A stretch of DNA of 64,000 bases, taken from the NCBI GenBank assembly GCA_964566795.1, contig CAZMIU010000001.1:333091-397090 (forward strand), given 5' to 3'. Positions 48,227 through 56,628 of this stretch are shown piece by piece. This DNA comes from an uncultured Candidatus Saccharibacteria bacterium. Its GTDB lineage: Bacteria; Patescibacteriota; Minisyncoccia; Phycocordibacterales; SBAW01. A program made the position numbers and the translations under genes. Within the stretch, counting starts at the first letter, position 1. Each line of letters opens with the position of its first letter. Under the pieces are notes generated by a model that saw nothing but the letters and a program-made list of their open reading frames with translations, did not search any database and had not been told where the DNA came from.

Positions 48227-48301
48227 TGGCTGCGGGACTAGGACTCGAACCTAGATAACAACATTCAGAGTGTTGCGTCCTACCATTAGACGATCCCGCA
48301 A
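48227..48301 (-). tRNA. tRNA-Gln(CTG).
   Basis: Hand-folded: acceptor TGCGGGA/TCCCGCA; anticodon stem CAACA/TGTTG with loop CTCTGAA (anticodon CUG); T-arm CTAGG-TTCGAGT-CCTAG. The discriminator and CCA are encoded. Confidence 0.85.
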
Positions 48302-48652
48302 TTACTTCTTTTTTCTGTCCTCGAAATGGGCCTTCCGGTGACAGTTTGCGCATAATACCACACACTTCTGTATCTCGTGAAGCATGCGCTTTTTACCGTA
48401 CCCCCACCCGCTTATGTTGCCTAAACTAAACTCTTTTGTTGCACCATCCTTGTGATGAAAATCTAAGCAAGCAGGATGAGTTTCGCTGCACCGAGAACAG
48501 GACAGATTGGACTTGTATTCATCGAGCCAAATCCGCATCTCGCTCCTGCGAGCCCTAACCCGCGCATACGTTGCAGCTTTATTATTTAAGTAAAACTCCT
48601 TGTTCCACTTTTTTAAATACTCCTTTTGCCGGTTAGGGTCGCGATAGGGCAT
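48302..48652 (-). CDS. HNH endonuclease.
   Basis: CSRCSE...CLDFHHKDG...LCANCHRKAH is an HNH motif with zinc-binding Cys pairs. The stop codon directly abuts the tRNA-Gln 5' end. Confidence 0.7.
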   Translation of the reverse strand: MPYRDPNRQKEYLKKWNKEFYLNNKAATYARVRARRSEMRIWLDEYKSNLSCSRCSETHPACLDFHHKDGATKEFSLGNISGWGYGKKRMLHEIQKCVVLCANCHRKAHFEDRKKK

Positions 48653-48699
48653 CCCATAAGTATACTAGGTTCTGAAATATAAGAATAGCTCAAAACTTT

Positions 48700-50337
48700 C
48701 TAAATCGAGCGTTCTCCTGCAGCCTTAACAAACGCCATAAACAGCGGGTGCGGATTAAGCGGGCGCGAGAGGAACTCGGGGTGGAACTGGGTCCCAAGCA
48801 TAAAAGGGTGCTCCGTAGTGGCAAGCTCGGCAATCTCCATAAGATTGTGCTCGGGGTTGATGCCGCTAAATATCAGCCCCGCGCTTTCTAGCTTGCCCAC
48901 ATACTCCGGGTTAACCTCGTAGCGGTGGCGGTGGCGCTCGCTCACCTCAGACTCCCCATATGCAGCGCGTGCGATAGTGCCGTCTTTAAGTGCGCAGACA
49001 TAGGCGCCCAGGCGCATCGTGCCACCGTAGTCGCTCTTGATAAGTTTGTCTTTTTGGTCGGGCATCACGTCTATCACGACATGCGGCGCGTCTTTGTTAA
49101 TCTCTGCGGTGTTGGCACCCGCAAGCCCCGCCTTGTTGCGCGCATACTCAATACACAAGAGCTGCATGCCATAGCACAACCCAAAGTACGGTATTTTGTT
49201 CTCGCGGGCATACTGTACCGCGGCGATAATGCCCTCTACACCTCTTGTGCCAAACCCGCCCGGCACCAGTATCCCATGGTAGCCCGAGAGCTCTTTAAGC
49301 TTAGTTGGGTCCTTCTCGTAATCTTCCGAGTCAAGGTAGCTGAGCTCGATTTTAGCCTGGTTGTAGTAGCCGGCGGTCTTTATAGCCTCCAGGACCGAGA
49401 TGTAGGAGTCTGCCAGCACGTAGTCGCCTGTCTCAAAGTACTTGCCCACCACCGCAATCTTAAGCGTCTGTGTGGTGTTTTGTGCCTTCTCTACAAATGC
49501 CTTCCACTCCAAAAGGTCGGTGGGGCGGCGCTCAAGCCCCAGCACATCGCACAAGATGTCACCCATGCCATCCTTCTCATAGTTAAGGGGCACATCATAA
49601 ATGCTCTTTACATCCGGCGCGGAGATTACGCGCGAGGCCGGTATATTGCAAAAAGTCGCTATCTTTTCCTTGCGCTTACCATCAAGCGGCACGCTGGCGC
49701 GCGCCAGTATGACATCGGCCTGCACGCCCGTGGAGTTGAGCTCGCGGTTAGCATGCTGGGTGGGTTTGGTCTTCATCTCGCCGATGTTGCCAGGTATGGG
49801 TACATAGGACAGGAGCACCACCGCGACATCCTGCGGATGCATCTGCCGCAGCATGCGTGCCGCCTCAATAAAGAGGATGTTCTCATACTCGCCCACTGTG
49901 CCGCCCACCTCGATAATGCACACGTCTGCCTGGGCTTGCGTCTGTGCCTCCTTAATGCGGCGTATCACCTCCAAGGGTACATCGGGCACCACCTGCACGT
50001 TGCGGCCCTTGTACTCCAGGTTGCGCTCGCGGCGTATTACCTCCTGGTACACGCGGCCGGTTGTCATGTAGTTGACACTGGGGAGCGTCTCGTCCAAAAA
50101 GCGCTCGTAGTTGCCCATGTCCTGGTCGGTCTCGTAACCGTCCTGCATCACAAACACCTCGCCGTGCTCGGTCGGGTTCATGGTGCCGGCGTCCACGTTT
50201 ATATACGGGTCAATCTTGAGCGCCGTTACCTTGTACCCCTTAGATTTTAAAATCCGCCCGATGGCGGATGAAGCGACTCCTTTCCCTATCCCGGACATTA
50301 CACCGCCCACGACAAAGATGTATTTTGGAGCCGCCAT
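48700..50337 (-). CDS. pyrG: CTP synthase.
   Basis: KYIFVVGGVMSGIGKG... N-terminal synthetase domain, and C-terminal glutamine amidotransferase GLCYGMQL...HPEF. Confidence 0.95.
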   Translation of the reverse strand: MAAPKYIFVVGGVMSGIGKGVASSAIGRILKSKGYKVTALKIDPYINVDAGTMNPTEHGEVFVMQDGYETDQDMGNYERFLDETLPSVNYMTTGRVYQEVIRRERNLEYKGRNVQVVPDVPLEVIRRIKEAQTQAQADVCIIEVGGTVGEYENILFIEAARMLRQMHPQDVAVVLLSYVPIPGNIGEMKTKPTQHANRELNSTGVQADVILARASVPLDGKRKEKIATFCNIPASRVISAPDVKSIYDVPLNYEKDGMGDILCDVLGLERRPTDLLEWKAFVEKAQNTTQTLKIAVVGKYFETGDYVLADSYISVLEAIKTAGYYNQAKIELSYLDSEDYEKDPTKLKELSGYHGILVPGGFGTRGVEGIIAAVQYARENKIPYFGLCYGMQLLCIEYARNKAGLAGANTAEINKDAPHVVIDVMPDQKDKLIKSDYGGTMRLGAYVCALKDGTIARAAYGESEVSERHRHRYEVNPEYVGKLESAGLIFSGINPEHNLMEIAELATTEHPFMLGTQFHPEFLSRPLNPHPLFMAFVKAAGERSI

Positions 50338-50348
50338 TGATACTACAT

Positions 50349-51278
50349 TTATATCTTAAGATACCTGCGCACCGCAAGGAAGCTGGCTATGGCACCCAAG
50401 AGGACGCCCGTGCCGACAATAACCCCGAAGAACATGAGGAAGTGCGAGAGGTAGTAGGTAAAGACGTTTACTCCGCCAAAGAAGGAGGCCGTAGACGCCC
50501 CGAGCCACCAGGTAAGCGGGTAAAACAGCAACAGCGTGATAACGCCGGCAACCAGGCCATAGAGCATGCCCTCTATCATGAAGGGCGCCCTGATAAAGAA
50601 GCTGCCCGCACCCACAAGCCTCATGACCTGTATCTCCTCGCGCGATGAGTATATGGCCAAACGCAGCGTGTTAAACGATATGGCGATAGTCGTGAGTATG
50701 AGTATCACGATAACAATAAGGCCCAGGCGCTGAGCCGAGTTGGTGATGCTCTGGAGCCTGTCGAGCGCCACGCGGTACTTGGCGTCATAAAAGCTGATCT
50801 TGTCTATCGAGGTTGCCGTGCCGTCCGCGCTGTCGGCGCTCTGCGCAAACTCTGCCACCGCCTCGTACTGTGATATGTCGCGGGCGCGCACCTGCAAAGA
50901 CGCCTCGAGCGGGTTTTGGCCCAGCTCCTCAAGCGCCTGGAGCGCCAACTGGTCGTCTTTGTAGCGCTCCCTAAACTCCGCAAGCGCCTCGTCGCGCGAT
51001 ACGTAACGCACCTCCACAACCTCCGGCCTGGCCTCGAGTGCCGACTTAAGGCTCAGTATCCTGTCCTCGGGCGTCGTGGTCAAAAAGTATATGCTCACAT
51101 CCACCTTATTCTTCAGCTCGGCGATAGTGAAGTTGAGCATCACACCCGCAAAAATAGTCATACCCACGACAAAGAGGGTCACAGTCATCACCAGGATGGA
51201 CGCAAAGGACACAAATGCATTGCGCCAAAAGTCCAGGAAGCCTGCGCGGAATATACGTTTGATGGTGACAAGATTCAT
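50349..51278 (-). CDS. ftsX: Cell division permease FtsX.
   Basis: N-terminal TM, a periplasmic domain, and three C-terminal TM helices. It lies immediately downstream of ftsE. Confidence 0.8.
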   Translation of the reverse strand: MNLVTIKRIFRAGFLDFWRNAFVSFASILVMTVTLFVVGMTIFAGVMLNFTIAELKNKVDVSIYFLTTTPEDRILSLKSALEARPEVVEVRYVSRDEALAEFRERYKDDQLALQALEELGQNPLEASLQVRARDISQYEAVAEFAQSADSADGTATSIDKISFYDAKYRVALDRLQSITNSAQRLGLIVIVILILTTIAISFNTLRLAIYSSREEIQVMRLVGAGSFFIRAPFMIEGMLYGLVAGVITLLLFYPLTWWLGASTASFFGGVNVFTYYLSHFLMFFGVIVGTGVLLGAIASFLAVRRYLKI

Positions 51279-51281
51279 ATT

Positions 51282-51962
51282 TTAGAGAATGTATTTACCC
51301 TCGCGGTCGTCGCGGATAACTTTGCCGCGGTCCATGGTAATGACCCGCTTTTTGAGCGAGTCTATCACGCCCTTGTTGTGGGTGGTCAGTATGATCGTGG
51401 TGCCCAAGTCGTTTATTTTTTTTAAAATCTGCACCACCTCAAAGGTGTTAACCGGGTCGAGGTTGCCGGTGGGCTCGTCGGCCACAATAACGTCGGGCTG
51501 GTTAACTATTGCGCGCGCAATTGCCACCCGCTGCTGCTCGCCGCCCGAGAGCTCGTCCGGAAAGTTGTTCATCTTGTCGCCCAGGTCTACAAGCTCGAGC
51601 ACGTGCGGCACGTCTGAGCGGATGTCTGCCTCGGAGCGGCCTGCGGCCTCCATGGCAAAGGCAATATTCTCGTACGCGGTTTTGTTGGGCAGGAGCCTAA
51701 AGTCCTGGAACACGGTGCCTATTTTGCGGCGCATCTCGCCCATGCGGTGCAGGGGCAGGTCGTGGATATTTATAGACTCAAAAAATACAGAGCCGGTGGA
51801 GGGCCGCTCCTCGGCGAGGAGCATTTTAACCAGGGTGGTCTTGCCGGCGCCGGAGTGGCCAACTATCGAGATAAACTCGCCGGGCTCGACGCTGAAGGAC
51901 ACATCCTCCAGGGCAACGGAGTTATCTGCGTACACTTTAGATACGCGATCGTAGTAAATCAT
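51282..51962 (-). CDS. ftsE: Cell division ATP-binding protein FtsE.
   Basis: [34 protein letters not shown]. Confidence 0.9.
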   Translation of the reverse strand: MIYYDRVSKVYADNSVALEDVSFSVEPGEFISIVGHSGAGKTTLVKMLLAEERPSTGSVFFESINIHDLPLHRMGEMRRKIGTVFQDFRLLPNKTAYENIAFAMEAAGRSEADIRSDVPHVLELVDLGDKMNNFPDELSGGEQQRVAIARAIVNQPDVIVADEPTGNLDPVNTFEVVQILKKINDLGTTIILTTHNKGVIDSLKKRVITMDRGKVIRDDREGKYIL

Positions 51963-52068
51963 AGGAATGCTGTAGCACCTGCGTCGCTCGCAATCGAAAG
52001 TAAACTTTCGTTGTCTCGCTTTCCTCGGTGATAGATCATAGCAACCTATGTATTTTACCCCCTAATTT

Positions 52069-52929
52069 TTATTTCGCCAAAAAGGGCTCTATAGCACCGT
52101 CTAGCACACCCTCGGCGTCATGCACCTCTACCCCTGTGCGGTGGTCCTTGACGAGCTTGTACGGATGCAGCACATAGGAGCGTATCTGGCTGCCCCACTC
52201 GATCTTGCCCGAGGCCACCGAGAGCTCGCTTATCTTTTCCTTGCGCTCCTGCTCCATCAAATGCTTAAGCTTGGCCACGACAATAGCCAGTGCCTTTTCT
52301 TTATTTGCGCCTTGAGTGCGCTCGCCGTCTACATGCGCCGATATGCCGGTTGGCGTGTGCACCACACGCACCGCTGTCTCGCGCTTGTTTACGTTCTGCC
52401 CACCAGGACCGCCCGAGCGCGCCACGGTTATCTCCAGCTCCTTTTCATCGAGCTCGATATGCCCGACCTTCTCCAGTACGGGCAGTACCTCTACCAGCAC
52501 AAACGATGTCTGGCGCTTTTGGTTGGCATTAAACGGCGACTGCCGCACCAAGCGGTGCACGCCATACTCATTCCTAAGCAATCCGTACACGCCCTTGCCC
52601 TCAATCTCAAAGCTCGCATTGCGGTAGCCGCCGTGGTCGTTCTCATTGCGGTGCAGCTCGCGCATATCCCATCCGCGTGCCTCAACAAACTTGCGGTACA
52701 TCTGCACAAGCATCTGGGCAAAGTCCTCGGCGTCGTCGCCGCCCGCACCGGCGACAACCGACAGTATCGCCCCGCCGCGGTCATAGGCAGAGCCGCCCTC
52801 GGCTTCTGCCTTAAGGTCCTGGAGCTCTTTTATCAGAGCCTGCGCATCCTGCGGGTCGCGCCAAAAGTCCGGCGCTATCATGGCAGCCTCCAGCTCCCTG
52901 ATACGGATGTCTCGCGCTTCTTTGTCCAT
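52069..52929 (-). CDS. prfB: Peptide chain release factor 2, with no room for a programmed frameshift.
   Basis: SPF motif (RQSPFNANQ) and GGQ ([11 protein letters not shown]). An alternative start at 52881 (MIAPDFW) has a good GGAGG RBS. The ORF start at 52929 directly abuts tRNA-Thr. Confidence 0.85.
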   Translation of the reverse strand: MDKEARDIRIRELEAAMIAPDFWRDPQDAQALIKELQDLKAEAEGGSAYDRGGAILSVVAGAGGDDAEDFAQMLVQMYRKFVEARGWDMRELHRNENDHGGYRNASFEIEGKGVYGLLRNEYGVHRLVRQSPFNANQKRQTSFVLVEVLPVLEKVGHIELDEKELEITVARSGGPGGQNVNKRETAVRVVHTPTGISAHVDGERTQGANKEKALAIVVAKLKHLMEQERKEKISELSVASGKIEWGSQIRSYVLHPYKLVKDHRTGVEVHDAEGVLDGAIEPFLAK

Positions 52930-52930
52930 C

Positions 52931-53006
52931 TGGAGCCGGAGGTCGGGATCGAACCGACGACCTATCCCTTACGAAGGGATTGCTCTACCGACTGAGCTAC
53001 TCCGGC
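52931..53006 (-). tRNA. tRNA-Thr(CGT).
   Basis: GCCGGAGTAGCTCAGTCGGTAGAGCA...; anticodon stem ATCCC/GGGAT with loop TTCGTAA (anticodon CGU); T-arm GTCGG-TTCGATC-CCGAC; CCA encoded. Confidence 0.85.
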
Positions 53007-53020
53007 GTAAGGAAAAATTA

Positions 53021-53461
53021 TCACACAAACAGCTTAGCAGCAATTGCTCTTTTACTTTGTGAGCGATGCTGACGGCCATTGCCCTTATTCAAGGCTGCAT
53101 AGGTTGGACTCAATGAGTCACAGTTGGGACAAATAAGCCTTAAATTTGCTTCTGTATTATTTTGCCAATTGCCGTCTATATGATCTGCCACAAGCGGTAC
53201 GCGCCCTGTTTTTGGATTTATCTGTGCCCACCCACACAAGCAGCACTTGTTTCCAAATTTTTCCCTTAAATATTTCTTAATCGGGTTGGTCACAATACCA
53301 GTAACCCGCAGGCCGTTCTCACGGCCCTCCTTCCATCTTTCAATGTAGACCTTGTACTGGTATTTCCCCTGGCAAATATTGCTGCAATATTTGTAACCAG
53401 ATCTAGCCGGCTCCCTGCCACACGCCAAACAATTGGGTCTAGATTTCTTGGGCATCGGCAT
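53021..53461 (-). CDS. HNH endonuclease with zinc-finger Cys pairs.
   Basis: CLACG...CCLCGW...ADHIDGNWQNN...LICPNCD. It lies 14 bp from tRNA-Thr(CGT). Confidence 0.65.
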   Translation of the reverse strand: MPMPKKSRPNCLACGREPARSGYKYCSNICQGKYQYKVYIERWKEGRENGLRVTGIVTNPIKKYLREKFGNKCCLCGWAQINPKTGRVPLVADHIDGNWQNNTEANLRLICPNCDSLSPTYAALNKGNGRQHRSQSKRAIAAKLFV

Positions 53462-53514
53462 GCCATAACAATACTCAAACTACGACCAGTGTACATACAC
53501 AAATTGGGTCTCAC

Positions 53515-54978
53515 ATGCCGTACAATGGTGCTATGCAGGATGGCAGCCACACCTTCGACTGGAAGGGCTTTATATTTTTTATAAAAACGCTTGCCGTGGC
53601 ACTTGTGATAGGCACCGCGGGGTATTGGGGCGTTATCTATGCGCACGTGTACTATGCGACTCCAACCATGGCCGCGATTGTGTCTACATCAACGCCCGCA
53701 GTCCACACAGCACTGCCGCCGGCCCCAGAGGCCTCGCAGCGGGTCATCGAGTCGCTCACTATTAGCGACGTTGTGCCGCCAGAAGGCAAGTTTATCGCCG
53801 CCGACCTCGTCAACATGAAGCTCTACCTGTACGCCACGGGCACTATGGTCGCAGAGTATCCGATACAAACCAAGGGCAAGCCGGGTACGCCGTGGGAGAC
53901 ACCAAGCGGATTGTACTCCGTGAGGACAAAGGAAAAGAGCCACTTCTCTACCATTGGCCACGTGTATATGCCCTACAGCATGCAGTTTTATGGCAACTAC
54001 TTTATACACGGATGGACCCATTACCCAGACGGCACCCCTACTGCGGCCTCATTCTCGGGCGGATGCATCAAGCTTAAAACAGATGATGCACAAAAGGTGT
54101 TTGAGTTTGCAGACCTTAACACGCAGGTGTTTGTATACGACAACAAGCAGGACACGCCGCTTAAAACACTCACCTTTGTAAACATACCCAAGCCCACAAT
54201 AGACGCGGGCGCATTTTTGGTGGCAGACATAGACACCGGCGACGTGTATGCAGAGCGCAACGCCAGCGAGGTCAGGCCCATAGCCTCTGTCACCAAGCTT
54301 ATGACTGCGCTCGTGGCCAACGAGACCATAAGCCTCGACAAAAAAGTTGCCGTGCCAGAGGGCGTGCTGTACAACCCGCCCGTGGCCTCAAGCACGACAG
54401 AGAAGTCGTTTTTGGTTAATGACCTGTTTTACCCCCTGCTCATGCAGTCGAGCAACGGCGTTGCAGAGTCGCTGGCCTCTTACTACGGCAAAAACGCATT
54501 TATCAACTGGATGAACGCAACCGCCAGGAGCTTAGACATGCGCTCGACTAGGTTTGCAGATGCAAGCGGCATATCGCCCGACAACCTGTCCAGTGCAGAC
54601 GACCTCTTTAGGCTCGCGTCCTACCTCGCTCACAAAAAATCTTTTGTACTCAAGATTACCGACACGGCCAAAAAAGATATTGTCTCGGATGACGGTACAA
54701 CTTACAAAGTTACAAATGTTAATGCGCCCGCGTTTGAGGAGCCGTTTGAGGGCGGCAAGGCCGGACACACCACCGCCGCACAAGACACCATGGTGTCGGT
54801 CATGACGGTTGAGACCGATGATGGGCCGCGCCGCATTGCGGTTATCGTACTGGGCTCTCTCGACCAGATAGAGGCAACACGCTCGCTGGGGCTGTGGGTA
54901 GAGAGCGCTATTGCCTATGTGGGCTACCAGAGCGCCTGCGTGTCGTGCGTGGAGCCCGGCCGCCAAATTGACCTGTAA
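53515..54978 (+). CDS. Fusion of an L,D-transpeptidase (YkuD) domain and a D-alanyl-D-alanine carboxypeptidase (S11/PBP5-like) domain.
   Basis: LDT domain: HG...FSGGCIKL (catalytic His and Cys). DD-CPase domain: SVTKLMT (SxxK), SSNGVAES (SxN), KAGHTTAA (KTG-like). Confidence 0.7.
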   Translation: MPYNGAMQDGSHTFDWKGFIFFIKTLAVALVIGTAGYWGVIYAHVYYATPTMAAIVSTSTPAVHTALPPAPEASQRVIESLTISDVVPPEGKFIAADLVNMKLYLYATGTMVAEYPIQTKGKPGTPWETPSGLYSVRTKEKSHFSTIGHVYMPYSMQFYGNYFIHGWTHYPDGTPTAASFSGGCIKLKTDDAQKVFEFADLNTQVFVYDNKQDTPLKTLTFVNIPKPTIDAGAFLVADIDTGDVYAERNASEVRPIASVTKLMTALVANETISLDKKVAVPEGVLYNPPVASSTTEKSFLVNDLFYPLLMQSSNGVAESLASYYGKNAFINWMNATARSLDMRSTRFADASGISPDNLSSADDLFRLASYLAHKKSFVLKITDTAKKDIVSDDGTTYKVTNVNAPAFEEPFEGGKAGHTTAAQDTMVSVMTVETDDGPRRIAVIVLGSLDQIEATRSLGLWVESAIAYVGYQSACVSCVEPGRQIDL

Positions 54979-54989
54979 TCCTGATCTAT

Positions 54990-55131
54990 TTCGTGAGCCG
55001 TTGGTCGGGACATTCACTGCTCGGCTAAAGCCTGCGCTTTCAAAACCCTCGGTTTTGAAGAATTCCTCCACGGGGAGACGACCCGTCTCCCCGACCCCCT
55101 CTCGGGTTCAATCCCGAGCAAACTTACTCTT
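54990..55131. repeat. 21-bp direct duplication of the tRNA-Thr(GGT) 3' end, plus a GC hairpin and a T-arm-like element. This looks like an att remnant or a tRNA pseudogene fragment.
   Basis: ttcgtgagccgttggtcggga occurs at 54990-55010 and again at 55132-55152. Between them lie ggggagacg-acc-cgtctcccc and ctcgggttcaatcccgag. Confidence 0.5.
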
Positions 55132-55137
55132 ACTTCG

Positions 55138-55212
55138 TGAGCCGTTGGTCGGGATTGAACCGACGACCTGCTCCTTACCATGGAGCTGCTCTACCAACTG
55201 AGCTACAACGGC
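55138..55212 (-). tRNA. tRNA-Thr(GGT).
   Basis: GCCGTTGTAGCTCAGTTGGTAGAGCA; anticodon stem GCTCC/GGAGC with loop ATGGTAA (anticodon GGU); T-arm GTCGG-TTCAATC-CCGAC. Confidence 0.8.
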
Positions 55213-55457
55213 TTAGGTCCTACAGTAGCCGATTTCTCCGACTTTTTCAAACAAACGGGTTAGGAGACAACGCCCACTAGGGTGCGGGCAAAGTTGAGTA
55301 TCAGGGTAAGGATAGAGATAAAAAAGTTGATAATGAGGGTCAAAAATTGGAGCAAGAAGTCCAATATGACCTGAAAGAAGTTGGTAATTACATCCATGCG
55401 CCTATAGTATCATGGGGGTTCACATATAGGCGTTTTTACGCTACAATCGGCCTGTTT

Positions 55458-55531
55458 GCGGGAGTAGCTCAACTGGTTAGAGCGCTGCCCTGTCACGGCA
55501 GAGGTTGCGGGTTCAAGTCCCGTCTCTCGCG
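55458..55531 (+). tRNA. tRNA-Asp(GTC).
   Basis: GCGGGAGTAGCTCAACTGGTTAGAGCG; anticodon stem CTGCC/GGCAG with loop CTGTCAC (anticodon GUC); T-arm GCGGG-TTCAAGT-CCCGT. A TTCACA-N17-TACAAT promoter ends 10 bp upstream. Confidence 0.85.
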
Positions 55532-55547
55532 CTCGCAAGAACAAAAA

Positions 55548-55574
55548 CCCGGCCTTGTGCCGGGCTTTTGTTTT
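55548..55574 (+). terminator. Intrinsic terminator after tRNA-Asp.
   Basis: CCCGGC-CTTGT-GCCGGG followed by CTTTTGTTTT. Confidence 0.6.
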
Positions 55575-55622
55575 GACATAGTAGGTTGAAACTGAGGGTC
55601 AAAAATGATACTTTAACCCCAC

Positions 55623-55699
55623 GTCAGGGTAGCTCAGATGGTTAGAGCACAGCATTCATAACGCTGAGGTCGAGGGTTCGACTCCCTCCCCTGACACCA
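55623..55699 (+). tRNA. tRNA-Met(CAT), elongator-type. An Ile2 (lysidine) identity is not excluded.
   Basis: GTCAGGGTAGCTCAGATGGTTAGAGCACA; loop TTCATAA (anticodon CAU); G1-C72 paired; T-arm CGAGGG-TTCGACT-CCCTC; CCA encoded. Confidence 0.8.
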
Positions 55700-55702
55700 A
55701 GT

Positions 55703-56440
55703 TTAGTGATGGCTGTGGCGAGCTTTCAGTTTCAGATAGATATGCGAGTACGCGATAAGCGAGATAGGCACGGTTATAAGCAGGCCCACGACCAGCGCAA
55801 TGAGGCCAAGCACGTTAAGAGCTATGAGCGCGAGCATAAAGAGCACAAGATGCCATTTGGCACCGTAGGTCAGCTTGGTACTGCGGCCAAGGCTCTCGAT
55901 AATCTCGCTGCCGTCTAGTACCGCCAGGCGGCTCATGGAGTAGCGCACGCCGGCATACACGCTGCAGGCCAAGGCGGCAAGCATAATGAGCAGGGCAAAG
56001 GCAAACTGTGTCTCATGGCCTGCTACGGGCACTCCCTCAGAGAAGTTGATAGACCCGGTAATCGACAAGAACCCAAGCGACACCAGGGCGCCTGCCGCAA
56101 GCGGCAAGACCGTTATGAGGCCCGACAGAATGCTCGCGGCAAAATACTTCCATACAAGCTTCAGGTCCGGGAGAATCTGGCGATACTCGGCGTGTTCTCC
56201 TTTTGCCAGCTTAAGAAAGATAAGGGTCATGCCGGCACCAAGCACAACGCCCGCCACGGCAAGCACGATAGATGCCGCGGCCCCCAAGAGCGTACCCTCC
56301 AGAGACTTTTGTACTACCGATGAGGCCACCTCGAGCGCAAACATGGTAAGCACCACACCAAACACGAGCGCCGAGTGCGTCTTAACCTTGTGCCAGCCAA
56401 ACACCACTGCCTCTTTTATAGAAAAATGTGTCATGCCCTT
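55703..56440 (-). CDS. Multi-pass membrane protein (hypothetical).
   Basis: The long ORF is 55703..56569. The likely start is MTHFSIKEAVVFGW, at about 56440. Six to seven TM helices. Confidence 0.45.
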   Translation of the reverse strand, partial: KGMTHFSIKEAVVFGWHKVKTHSALVFGVVLTMFALEVASSVVQKSLEGTLLGAAASIVLAVAGVVLGAGMTLIFLKLAKGEHAEYRQILPDLKLVWKYFAASILSGLITVLPLAAGALVSLGFLSITGSINFSEGVPVAGHETQFAFALLIMLAALACSVYAGVRYSMSRLAVLDGSEIIESLGRSTKLTYGAKWHLVLFMLALIALNVLGLIALVVGLLITVPISLIAYSHIYLKLKARHSHH

Positions 56441-56592
56441 AGTATACATAGGCAGGAATCGGTCACAAGTCTGATTTTGCCGTCGCAAAATCCGCTTGCG
56501 ACCCCACCTCGCGGCCCTGCCGGTGCAGGGCAACGCTGCGGTCTGCAATTCCTGACAGGACGTGCTCAAGCACGTCCCTCCCCCGCAACACG

Positions 56593-56614
56593 AAAAAATC
56601 CCGCTTTAGCGGGA
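56593..56614 (-). terminator. Intrinsic terminator downstream of tRNA-fMet.
   Basis: On the minus strand: TCCCGC-TAAA-GCGGGA followed by TTTTTTCG. Confidence 0.6.
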
Positions 56615-56628
56615 CTCTTTCATATTCG

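Noticed and set aside
52860-52935. A programmed +1 frameshift site in prfB.
   Set aside because: There is no upstream frame-0 ORF and no CUU UGA C motif, because tRNA-Thr occupies the sequence immediately 5' of the ORF.
55347-55589. The 80-aa ORF overlapping tRNA-Asp.
   Set aside because: It reads straight through a well-folded tRNA gene and its terminator, so it is spurious.
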